Below, piece by piece: positions 37,781 through 49,680 of a DNA stretch of 64,000 nucleotides. The number at the start of each line of letters is the position of its first letter. The first letter of the stretch is position 1. The notes beneath the pieces are model-generated. The model made no database searches. It was not told where the DNA came from and saw only the letters and a list, made by a program, of their open reading frames with translations. The DNA is from Camelus dromedarius. Lineage: Eukaryota. A program made the translations under genes and the position numbers. Where the stretch lies: the NCBI RefSeq assembly GCF_036321535.1, contig NC_087437.1, positions 9,736,001 to 9,800,000 on the forward strand, given 5' to 3'.

Positions 37781-39746
37781 GCTGATTAACCATTTCCACA
37801 AAATTTTTCTAACCTAATTTTCCTCTAAAATGATGCCGGATCTCAAATTGTCAGCAATGTGTGTATTAATTGATAAGACTTGCATTTTATTGACGCCCCT
37901 CAGAATTAAACTCTCGGAATTGACCTACTCGGGCAAAATCTTGATGGCTCAAGACTCAAAAATGTGGACGTGCGCTAGATTGCCACGAAGTCTCTTTACG
38001 CTCCAAGATTTTACAGATTTGTGATTCTATGTATCTCCAATTTTAACCTCTATGTGGCTATTAAAAAAAGAGGAAAAAAAAATCCTTTCTTTTATCCAGT
38101 TTTATTCTAATTTTTGAGATACATTTACATTAAATGTTTTAAAGACATGGCTTTCCTTCCAGAAATTCTGAAGGCAGCAGGTGCATTGCTGTACACTGAC
38201 TATTATTCACCGTCCACTTCGGTTCATTATACCTGTAATTTACCAAAGGAGAGAGCGATCTACTTTTTCTGATCTGAAGTGCCAGTGATGAAAATGGAAA
38301 AAGGCTGTGGAATCTTTAAAATTATGCCTTTGTGGGAATAAATGTATAGATCAACAGTGAACTAGGAGAGAAATAGAATCCTAAGAGAAGATTTAAGTCA
38401 AATGAAATGGCCTAGTAGACAAATGTTTAGATATAGTATTCTCAGTGACATGCTCATTTCTAACTCAATGATGCTTATCAGTAAAACAACTTTTATTACA
38501 GGCTTAGTGCAAGCTAGACAATTTCATGTGCAAATAACATGCATATCTACAATCCTTTTTCCCCAAACAATTCACAGATATTAAATACGATGCAAACCAC
38601 TACACTCCATTTTTTTCGAGACAGGATCCCTGTCCCACCTGGAAAAGCCTCCTGGAAAGGGAGATGTTAGTTACGTTGTGTCTGAAGTCTGTCCAGGAAA
38701 GCAACTTATTGCTGATTGTCCTCTAGATATAAGCATGTGTTAATCTGAGAACAAATTCTCTTGCAGACAGGCAGGACAATGGTTGAAACTGGCATGAAAG
38801 AGAACATTTGTACCACACTCCTGCTGGCCTATTTTAATGCAACTTTTAATAATAATATTTTGCTAAATTGGAAATAGGCATAACTTGAGGCTTTCCTGGT
38901 CAAACAGTCACATTCTTTTTAAATAGCTCAAAATTCAGTTTGCTTTTATATTCCCACTGCTTCATCAAGCAAGCTGACTCAATGTTAAATAGCATTAGAA
39001 AGTGAGGTTTCTTTTTTGGGAACTGGAAACTAAGGAAAGCCTCTGAAGCATTAAGCTTTGACATGAAGACATAATGGGTCAGAAAAGAGCTTTGCAAAGT
39101 TACAGAGGAGAGAAAGAATGCTTCCAGGCCAACAAAAGTTCAGAGGAAACTTGTAGTGGCCGGAATAAAGGCATCCAAATGTATGAAGAAATCCTGACCG
39201 CAAGGAACTAGTCGGCCAGGAGAGCACGTGTGAGAGTCCGCTAGGAAGTGTGACTTGGATGTATTAAGACACTGTCCAGGGAAGGGGTACTGCCCTGGGA
39301 CAAGACCTGGCTGTGGGTATGACCATCTCTGTTGAGAGAGATGCTGCAGGCTTCAGTGTCTCAGTATCATAAAACTCTTGGTTCATCTCGCTCTCCCTGT
39401 CCTGATGACATGGCCACCAAGTGACCATTCGATATTGACCTGGCTTTGCTTACATGAAAAGATGAGTATACAAGTGGAGGATGAGCTGATCACAGGGACG
39501 TGATCTGTTTTGGGTCCCGTGGCGGTAATTTCCTGCCAAAATCCTGGCATCTCTTTTCATCCCATGCTCTTACTGGATGGACCGCACTCCAGTACAGTAG
39601 AAGAGTCTTATTCATAACTAGTGTCCAGAGTAATTGGCAACAATACCATATTTGAAATGTGTTCACAATGAATGGCTTTTTATGAATAACACTTACAAAA
39701 ATGCCCGTTTTTTTTGTTTTTAGAAATACTAATAATTTAGAAATAC

Positions 39747-39928
39747 ATTTTTTTTAGTATGTGTTTTTTTGAAGTATAGTCAGTTTACAGTGTTGTGTCA
39801 ATTTCTGGTGTACAGCACAATACTTCATGTATGGGAACATACATGTATTCATTTTCATTTTTTTTTCACCATAAGTTACTACAACATATTGAGTTTATTT
39901 CCCTGTGCTATACAGAGTAAATTTGTTG
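39747..39928 (-). mobile_element. Short camelid-type L1 3' end
   Basis: gaagtatagtcagtttacagtgttgtgtcaatttctggtgtacagc...ccctgtgctatacag; flanked by direct repeats tttagaaatac. Confidence 0.88.
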
Positions 39929-39949
39929 TTTTAGAAATACTTATAATGT

Positions 39950-40130
39950 AATTTACTAGGTGCTATCACAGTTGAAGTACTTTATAAATATTAATTCATT
40001 TATCCTCAAAATATCACCAATGAGGTAGATCTTATAATTAACCCAAATTTATAATGAAGAAATTGCAGCACAGCCAATCAGCGGAAGAGCTGGGTTTTGA
40101 ATTCGGGTTCTGGCTCTCGAGTCAGAGTCT
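39950..40130 (-). mobile_element. MIR SINE
   Basis: tactttataaatattaattcatttatcctca...tgaggtag...atgaagaaattgcagcacag...agagctgggttttgaa. Confidence 0.7.
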
Positions 40131-41159
40131 AATAATATCTCCAATCTTGTAACAAAGCAGGAGCTTTCTACAATCTAAATCCTCTCACATACAAAAACGC
40201 GTGTGTAAATTCTTAAGAAAGTGTATGGTCCTTCTTTGTTGAAATTTCTTCATTTCTGTATTCAGTATCTTTTTCCAGCAGCAACTTTGATCTGTCATCT
40301 TGGATACAGTCTGGCTACACTGCACTCACTTACTTAATTGAGATCTACTAAAATAAGGTAGCTAAACACTAATTAACACCGTATGTTTTTCAATTAACTG
40401 ACATTACGCATCTATTGCTCAGGCTCACACTAACTAGTTAATAGAGCACCTTGGATGGTTTAGAACTATTTGAGACCATAATTAATTTACAAAAGTCAAC
40501 TTTTAAAATACAAAAGCTCTCCTACAGTGACTAATTTCTCTCTCCTCTTCTCTCTCTAAATAAACATACATACACACACTCTGACACACACACACATGCA
40601 TACATATATGTGTACTTTTTAAATGCTACACAAATATTTAATTCATTTTGTATGGAGAATGGAGTCAGCAATGAAACCAGAAGAGAACAAATTTCCTCTC
40701 ATGAGGAATATCTGTGGCAATTCATAGTATTCAAACTTTGCTTAAGGGGGAAAGTTACAACTAAGGAGAAATTTGAATCTGGAGCAGAGAAACCCAAAAG
40801 AGGAAGAGAGTGAGGAAAGGAGGGAGGGAGTTGTGATAATATTGGGCAAATTTGGATAGGTTTGTAGATTTGCAGACCCAAAACTTTAATAAAGGCATTA
40901 TAGGAATACAAGTCTTTATCCTCCTCCTCAACATCAAAAAAAAAAAAAATTTTACATTTCAATTCTGTCTTTTTGCGTCTGTCTTTAGGTGATGCCAATA
41001 AGCCAAATTTAAGTAGCTCAAAGTTGTTTTGTGTGGTATTTACAAAAGCAGTGGTGAATAGACAGAGGACCTAAGTGGATGATTCTACATCGTCTTATGT
41101 CTGGTGGACAGTGTCCCATTGTTCATTAAACACAAAGACTGCCTTCCAAATGATAGTAG

Positions 41160-41750
41160 TGAAGTGGGAGGAAAGAGGGCAGGGCACAGCCACTGAAGGA
41201 CTGACACAGCAGTGAGGACAGGACAGACTGGTTAGAACCAAGATGGCGGAAGATTTGACTTCCAGTTGACCTTGAGCCTCATGGCACAGCCACAGGGACA
41301 GGACAGTTCCTAGGCTGACCATAAAAGGTCAAAGTGTGTGTGGGGGTGTTTCCTGGAAATCCTCCCCCCTTCCCCAAACTAGTTGGAATCCTCCTCTTAC
41401 TCATTAGCATATGAAATTACCAAGCCCATAAAACCTAACAGCCCTGCACCTCCTGGTCGCTCTCCCTCTTGCCTTCCGAGACGGCCTGCACTCTGTCTAT
41501 GGAGTGTGGATCTGCTTTTACTTTAAACTAAACCCTCTATACCTCTCGGTCTCTCTCCCTCACCTTCCCGAGATGGCCCACATTCTGCCTATGGAGTGGG
41601 TTATCTCCTAAGCCGTTTTCCCTTCTGAATGAGACAGACTGCACTTTGTCTGTAGAATGTGTGTCTCTGTAAAGAAACTTGCTTTCTCTTTACCGTGTCT
41701 TGCACTTGTATTTTTTCCTGTGTAAGGCAAGAACCTATTCTCCCACAACA
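41160..41750 (+). mobile_element. Complete ERV1-class solo LTR (591 bp)
   Basis: TG...CA termini, 4-bp TSD GTAG (41156-41159 and 41751-41754), CATAAAA TATA-like box at ~41427, three imperfect internal repeats. Confidence 0.88.
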
Positions 41751-43649
41751 GTAGGAGATCCTAGAAAGTGAAGTCTCCTTACAGAGCTCTCTGCTGCCTC
41801 TCACACGCCATCTGTTAGACTTGACTCATTCTAACACACTCTTGCCCTGATGTGTTTGTATCGTTTGGAAAATGAGCACTTCCCCACGATATTCAACCAT
41901 AAGAATGGCCCAGTGGGTGCAATGAAGCAATAAAAACAGTATTCTTGTAAGTGTTGCCATCACAGTTTGAGATTTTATATTGCTGCTGAAGAGTGATTTC
42001 TAAAACAATTACTTGTGGGCAAATATATTAATAAGATTCAAATCCAGTCAATGTTGAAAAGCCAATCTACAAGATGGGAAATGTGAATTTCAGACTGACA
42101 TTCTGTCCGCGACACGGCCCATCCCCTGGGCTCAGATCCCACAGCTGGTGTTTTTATTTTATCTTATTCTGACCTGTGCCCTCTCTGATGATAGCTGCCT
42201 TGACCAGGAGGAGCAAATAGATTTTTTGAGCACAGTTCTTTTCTGTTATTAATTTATTTCTTAGTTGACATGTTGGTAACCTTGATTTCATTTTAAGTAA
42301 ATAAAAAAGTCTTTTTGAAATATCTAGAGGGAATTTCTCTGAATATATGTGTTAACTGTGGTCACTGGATTTAATGCCTCGTAGTCCCAAGTCCAGAAAG
42401 GAACTGTTAGTATCAGGACCTCTTAACGGGTCAAGGTTATGCAAACAGCAACCAGGCAGCATGGAACAGGCCCACTGGTCTAGCTGGAGGAACTTGATAT
42501 TGAGGTAAAATCAAATACTGATACACATAAATATATATAAAACTGATCTCTACCCATTACCTTATGCTTCTCTACAGTTTCTCCACGAAGTCTGCAACCC
42601 TTTAAACACATCCATCCATACAAGGTAAGAGATACGATATGGAGATGCACTTTTTCCCTCTCCACATGGATAGCTTTCCATTCCTGCAATTTCAGGTGCA
42701 ATTTAAGCTAATTTAAAGTAACAACAGTGTGAGCTACCACTTTACAATTACTATTTACAAAGGATGTTCTGCGAAATTCTAAAAGTTAAAATGCTTGAAA
42801 AATACCTGAAATTCATATTCAAACAGGGTTTTTTTTTTTCGCTGATGACAAGACACCTGGTGTTCATCTCTAAGAAAATATGCCCAATTTTAATGAAATT
42901 GGCAGTTTCTATTATTTCAATTGCTGACTTATCACAGTGAATTAAATGCAGTTTTCTCTATTTTCTTTATAAACACAGAGAATGCAAAGCAGAGATTGCT
43001 CTCTATATTGTTAATGGGACTTGATAATTATTATTGGTCTAGTTAAATGCATTTTTAAATTGTGCATTATACTGACCTTATAGTGCTATTTTGTCTAGTG
43101 GGAGCACTTAAGAGTTATCCCTAGGGCATTTTTTTCTTTTAGAGGTAAGTCTAGCTGAAGCATATTATGAACATTTGGGTTGTATGCATTTTTCTGTTGT
43201 TTTTAAGCCTTTAAGCGGATAAAAAATAATTTTTCAAAAAATCAAGAGACCAACAAAATGTGTAGTATATGCAAAATAATAATTAATGAATAATTGCTTT
43301 TGATACACCATCTAAAGAAATATAATTAAAAGAAAGATTGTATTTTTTTAAACTTTTTTTTATTGAGTTATAAATAAAAGCAAGAAAGACTGTAATTCAA
43401 AAATTTCTGTGGAGTATAATGATCCAGACATTAGTACTGTAAGCCTTCTAAAAATTACACTTTATGAGAAACACAGAAAAAGTGTACCAATAGCTTACTG
43501 CTCATGCTTACAGAATTACTCTGAAGTGCCAATATCTTAAAAAAAAATCCTTGGCAATGTCCAGACCCATTTAATAAAGGAAGATTCTTCCCATATAGAA
43601 CTTTCTTCCACACGGACATTGGTAGGATGAAAATGATAATAAAGATGTA

Positions 43650-44725
43650 ATTGTCTTCTGTCCAGCCACCTAAAAACACTGAATCTCATTCCTCTCCTTC
43701 TCCACCCACTTACATAATTCAGGTGAGTCAACCAACCACAGTCTCCTGCCCCTGACCTCGGTGTTAGGCACATGACCCCAGAATTAACACATCATGGTGA
43801 CTTCTTCCACAGGAGGCTATACAACCCAACACAGGGCCAATCAGAGACCTTCTGTGAGGTTTGATGTTCAGATGTTGAGTTATTTTCTTTATTCTCAACA
43901 GTCAGCTCTGATGCCAGAGTTGGCTGTCAACAGCTTTACTTCCCCCTAAATGAAGACATCCTTTTACAGCCTGAGAAAATGAAGCTGTGTTAGCCGGATC
44001 CCAAGATGGTTCCCGATGACCCTCCCCTCTTAGTATTCACGCTGTCATGTATTCCCCCCTCCACAATGAGTAAGGCTAACATATTTCACAGAAAGGAAAT
44101 GCTGCAAAAAACAATGATGTGTGACTCCTGAGGTGAGGTCCTAAGACTTCTGCCTTGCACCCTCTTGGATCATCTATTTGGAGCGAAATCAACTGTCACA
44201 TTGTGAGGACACTCAAGCCCTTTCAAGAAGTACCCATGGCAGGGAACTGAGGCTGCCTGACAAGCCTTTACTTATAAGCCATGTGTGTGAACCACCTTGA
44301 AAGTGCATCCTTCAGCCCCGCTAGCCTTCAAGAGATGATTAACACCATGGCCAACATCTTGACTTGAACCTCAGGAGAAACCATGAGCCAGAACCGCCCA
44401 GCTAAATTGCTTCTGAATTGCAAACCTACTGAAAATATGTAAGATAATGAATGTGCATTGCCTTACGCCAAGTTTTGGAATAACGAGATGCACAGAGGTT
44501 GATAGCTAATACTGAAGTTCAGTTGAGTCAGGAAGAAAAGAGAAGCAGAAAGGGAGAGAGATTTTTAGAAGAATTCAACCTTGAGCCCTGTTTTACTTCA
44601 CTTTTCCTTCTAGTCTTTAAGGTACTCTAAAACTTCCCATTTGTGTCAATAAATTTCTGATTATTTTTCTTGCTCAGGTACTTGATTTGGTTTCAGGTCA
44701 CTTGCAAGTTAAAGAGTATTAATTG
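43650..44725 (+). mobile_element. Old MLT1J/K-like MaLR LTR with a nested younger MLT1
   Basis: ggcacatgacccc / ggccaatcagagac motifs; end AATAAA...ggtttcaggtcacttgcaagttaaagagt. Confidence 0.6.
43986..44513 (+). mobile_element. MLT1E/F-like MaLR solo LTR
   Basis: tgtgttagccggatcccaagatggttcccgatgacc...gggaactgaggc...gatagctaatac; 5-bp TSD gaagc/gaagt. Confidence 0.82.
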
Positions 44726-45280
44726 GTTTGTTGATGATGATGAGGGTACAAATGGAGAGCCTCTAGGCCCGTCAGTGTCCTCAGTGACATCTCTAATGAA
44801 CTGGGTACCTTATTAATGACTGAACTATTCTATATAATCCTTTAACAACTCTGCTAGGTTGTCATCATGATCAACTCACAACCAAGTGCTTAAATATGTT
44901 AATAAACAAAACTAGGTTTTAGACACAGGTCTACTTAATACCAAAGTGTAAATTTTTTCAGTATGACTCTACAGTTCATATTTCCATTTATCTAAACAGG
45001 AATTAATCTTAGATAAGGGAAAAAAATTTGTTTGTATCACTCTATCTTCACAGGAAATTTCTATCACAACTTAAATTTAAATCGTTAAAAAATTAATAAT
45101 GATTCCTTATAGATTGTTCACATCTCAACCAGTTTGAGCAAGTCCTTTATTTTACTTAATGCCTTCTTCCAACCCTTCCTCTCGGGAAGAGTTAATTTTC
45201 CCATCATTCTGCTCACTCAGAAGTTCATTCATAAGGCTAACAGAAGTCTTTCACAGTGTAACCTTTATTAATTAGAAATG

Positions 45281-47353
45281 GGCTTCTGTATGGTAATCTT
45301 GTATCCTGATACCTTGCCAAATTATCTTAACAGCTCTAGTAATTTTTCTGTGGAGCCTTTAGGGTTTTCTAGACTAACATACAGTAATCAGTTGCATTTT
45401 TTTACACTAACAATGAAGTATCAGAAAAGGAAAGTAGAGAAACAATCCCTTTTAAAATTGCATCCAAAAAATTTAACACTTAAGAATAATTCTGACCAAG
45501 GAAGTTAAATACTTATAAGCAGAGAACTACAAAACATTGACTAAGGAAATTAAAAATGGCTTAAGGAAATGGAAAGATATCCCATGTTCTTGGATTGGAA
45601 GAATTAATATTGTTAAAATGGCCACACTACACAAAGCAATCTACAGATTTAATTCAATCCTTATGAAATTACACAGAACAATTTTCACAGAATTAGAACA
45701 AATAATCCTAAAATGTATATAGAATCACAAAAGACACAGAATTGTCAAAGCAATTCTGAAGAAAAAGAATGAAGCTGGAGGAATAACCCTCCCAGACTTC
45801 AGACAATACTATAGAGCTACAGAAATCAAAACAGCATGGTATTGTTAGAAAAATAGACATATGAATCGATGGAACAGAAATAGAGAGACCAGAAATAAAC
45901 CCACAAACTTTTGGTTAATTAATCTTCGATAAAGGAGGCAAGAAAACTCAATGAAATAGAGAGTCTCTTCAGCAAATGGTGTTGGGAAAACTGGACAGCA
46001 GCATGTAAAACAATGAAACTAGAACACTCCCTTACACCATACACAAAAATCAACTCAAAATGGATCAAAGACTTAAGCATAAGACAAGACATTATAAACC
46101 TCGTAGAAGAAAACATATTCAAAACATCCTCTGACATAAATCACAGCAATGTTTTCCTGAAGTAGTCTAACTAAGCAACAGAAATAAAAGCAAAAATAAA
46201 TAAAGGGGACCTAATTAAACTTACAAGCTTTTGCACAGCAAAGGAAATCATATGTAAAACAAAAAGACATCCCATGTAATGGGAGAGAATATTTGCAAAA
46301 GATGAAACCAACAAGGGCTTGATCTCCAGAATATGTAAACAGCTCATACAACTTAATAAGAAAAAAACAAACAAACAACCCAATCCAAAAATGGGCAAAA
46401 GACCTAAACAAGCAATTCTCCAAGGAAAACATAAAAATGATCAATGGGCTCATGAGAAAATGCTCAATATCACTAATTATCAGAGAAATGCGAATCAAAA
46501 CTACAATGAGGTATCACCTCACACCAGTCAGAATAACCATCATTCAAAAGTTCACAAAAGATCAACGCTGGAGAGGCTGTGAGGAAAAGGGAGCCCTCCT
46601 ACACTGCTGGTGGGAATGCAGTTTGGTGCAGCTATTATGGAAAACAGTATGGAGATTCCTCAAAATACTAAAAAAAGACTTGCCATATGTTCAGCAATCC
46701 CACTCCTGGGCATATATCCAGTGGGAACCTTAGTTCAAAAAGATACATGCACCCCAAAATTTATAGAAGCACTAGTTACGATAGCAAGACATGGAAACAA
46801 CCAAATTGTCCATCGATAGATGACTGGTTAAAGAAGTTGTAGTATATTTATAAAATAGAATACTATTCAGCCATAAAAAATAATAAAATAATGCCATTTG
46901 CAGCAACAAGGATGGACCTAGAGATTGTTATTCTAAGTGAAGTAAGCCAGAAAGAGAAAAATAACATATGATATCACTTATATGTGGAATATTGAAAAAA
47001 AAAGACAAATGAACCTATTTACAAAACAGAAACAGACTCAGAGACAGAAAATAAACTTATGGTTACTGGGGAAGAAGAGGGTGGGAAGGGATAAATTGGG
47101 AGCTCAAGATTCGCAGATACTAACTACTGTATATAAAATAGACATTTTATCTATAACTACAATAGATAAAATAGATAAACAACAAGTTCATACTGTAAAG
47201 CACAAGGAACTACATTCAATATCTTGTAGTAGCATGATGAAAAGAATATGAAAACGAATATATGTATGTTCATGTATGACTGAAGCATTAGGCTGTACAC
47301 TAGAAATTGACACAACATTGTAAACTAACTATACTTCACAAAAAAAAAAAAAA
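45281..47353 (+). mobile_element. 2-kb camelid-type L1 (3' half of ORF2 plus 3' UTR) with an inverted 5' tip; ORF2 disrupted
   Basis: ORF2 peptides [18 protein letters not shown] and MRYHLTPVR...[10 protein letters not shown] with stops/frameshifts; poly(A) 47340-47354; TSD agaaatg at 45274-45280 and 47354-47360; 45281-~45371 inverted. Confidence 0.95.
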
Positions 47354-47799
47354 AGAAATGACCATCTCTCTGCAATAGATTATGAACTTCTAGAGGACAG
47401 TAATTTGAGCTTACTCATTTTTTTCTTATGTATTTTTCTATTATGAAGCAATACACTCATACCAATTTTGAGAAAAGAAAAACATTAAAATCTTAGTGCA
47501 ATATTCTAACACTTCTTTTCCCAAAAATCATTATATATGATATTAGCATGGGAAGTATGAGATCAAAGGGCAAATTAAACTGAAAAAACTGTAAGTTAAA
47601 CAAAGTTAGGCTGAGCTCTTTCCTTCAGGATAGACATCTTAGAATCCTTAATATAGATATTTTTATGGTGACTTTACAAATGAGGAATATAGTATGCAGG
47701 ATTTTCCTAATTTATTTGACCACTGGTCCTTTTTATCACAAAGCTTTTGGTCTAGTGTTCCTTGGATCGTTGGGAATAGGTGCAATATTCTGTTACATA

Positions 47800-49680
47800 T
47801 TTAGGCTCTTACAACTTCTTCAAGTCCAGGGTAAAAATCTTTGGGCATTTACACATTGTTTTGTTTTTTTTTAATACCTTCTGGATAATTTCCTTATATT
47901 GCAGTCTCAAAGATGTAAGAATTGTGGCAAAGATTATGAGCAACTTAGGTTTTTCACCTGTACTGTTAAATGGCTTTCAAAATGATTAAACCCGTTTTTA
48001 CTCTACAGAGAAGGTATGAGGATGTCAGTTTCATTGAACTCTGGTCAGCATTGGGTATTATACTTTTCCTTAATTTTGCTAGTGAACTGAGTAGAAAATA
48101 ACACACAGCTATGAATATTTCTGTTCTTGTTTTATTACGAGTTATGACACTTCTGTATAATTTTTTTTGTCAGTAAAATTTCCTCTTTGTGAAATATATA
48201 TATCCCTTCATCATTTAACCCATGTACGCATGGGTAACTGCTCTAAAAAAATCAAATCTTTGTAAAAAAATATTATAAAGATTGAGGCAGAAACTATGAA
48301 AGAAAGAGACAAGTTTTATATTTTAGTACACTAAATAAGAATTTTTTTTTCCTGCTTTTTGAACAAATGACCCTGCATTTTTATTTTGCACCAGGCCCTC
48401 ATATCATGTAACCCAAACTCTTGGCTGTAAGCTTTGCAAATATTTTCTCCAAGTAAGTATCATGTCTTTTCATTCTCTTAATAGGGTCATTTGCAGAGCA
48501 AAAATTTTAAATTTTGATGAAGTGGAATTTATCTGTTTTTTTTTCTTTAATGGATTATGCTTCTGGTGGCATGAATTGAGAACACTTATCCTGACCCAGT
48601 TCATAGAGATTTTTCTCCTATATTTTCTACTGCAAGGTTGCTAGTTTTACATTTCACATTTAGGGATCTATGAGCCAAACATTATGAGCAGCTTATGTTT
48701 TTCCATCTATATTATTTCCACTCAAGACTCTCTCTTCTTCCGGGACTATACTTATGCCACTGTTAGAACTTGTCTCAATGAAACATATCTGCATCATTTT
48801 TTTTCTGTATTTTCACAATTTTGTTTCCTGCCAGTGCTTTATTCTAGATGTTTCTCCTGAGTTGTATGACAGTTCAAAAAACCTCTCTTCAGCTTTGACG
48901 CATTGGCTGGTCAACCCATTTAATCGAGCTCTTAATTAAAGATTATGCGTTTCAGTTCTAAAATTTGAGTTTGGCTTATGTTTGTAGATTCCAGGCCTCT
49001 GGTGAAATTCTACATCGTATCATTTATTTTTGTCAACATATTAATTCTAGTTCTATTTTATATCTCCAATATCTGAATAATCTCTGCTCCATACCCCTAT
49101 TTTTTCTCTTGGTTCTTGGTAATTGTTCCTGATTGGCTCGAAAAATTGTATTGATCGTGAGGAAATGTGTATAAAAATTTAGAGGGATTCTACAAGATAT
49201 TTGTCTCCTTCAGAGAGGATTGCTTTTCTTCTGGCCTTCTACTAGAATTGAGGAAGGTCTTCTTGATTCAGAGAGTGAGATGTTTAGAGTCTGGACTCTT
49301 GGCCTTTACCCCTAGATTATGAGTCCTTCTGAGTCTCAGATATAAGTCAAGGGGTCTAGCCCAGCTTTTCCTCCAGACCACGAAGTCCAGCGTTTGTCTC
49401 TCCTGCTCTGTGCATCTGCCAGAAGCTCTCCTTAATATCAGCCTCTTTGCACCTTCATTCTGTTTAGTCTCTGTGACTCATGACCCCTCAAGGTTTAGGA
49501 TTAGACAAATAGCTTGATAAACAAAAGCTGCTTAAAATATCTCACTTCTTTTTGGTTTCCTTTTCTCTGGCATCTTGCTTCCAAAAGTCTCTCCTTCCTT
49601 AATTGTATTCGGGTTTCAAAGAGCCATCTCTTGTTACTTTATGTGGTTTTCAAAGTTGCTTGAAGGGACGGTTGGCTTGA
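47800..49680 (-). mobile_element. Very old L1M(E)-type fragments
   Basis: tgcaaatattttctcc...gcagagcaaaaattttaaattttgatgaagt; 5'-region-like ttcagttctaaaatt...gaaattctacatc; highly diverged. Confidence 0.6.
48270..48420. mobile_element. MER45-like hAT-Tip100 fragment
   Basis: ctgctttttgaacaaatgaccctgcatttttattttgcaccaggccctcatatcatgtaacc. Confidence 0.6.
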
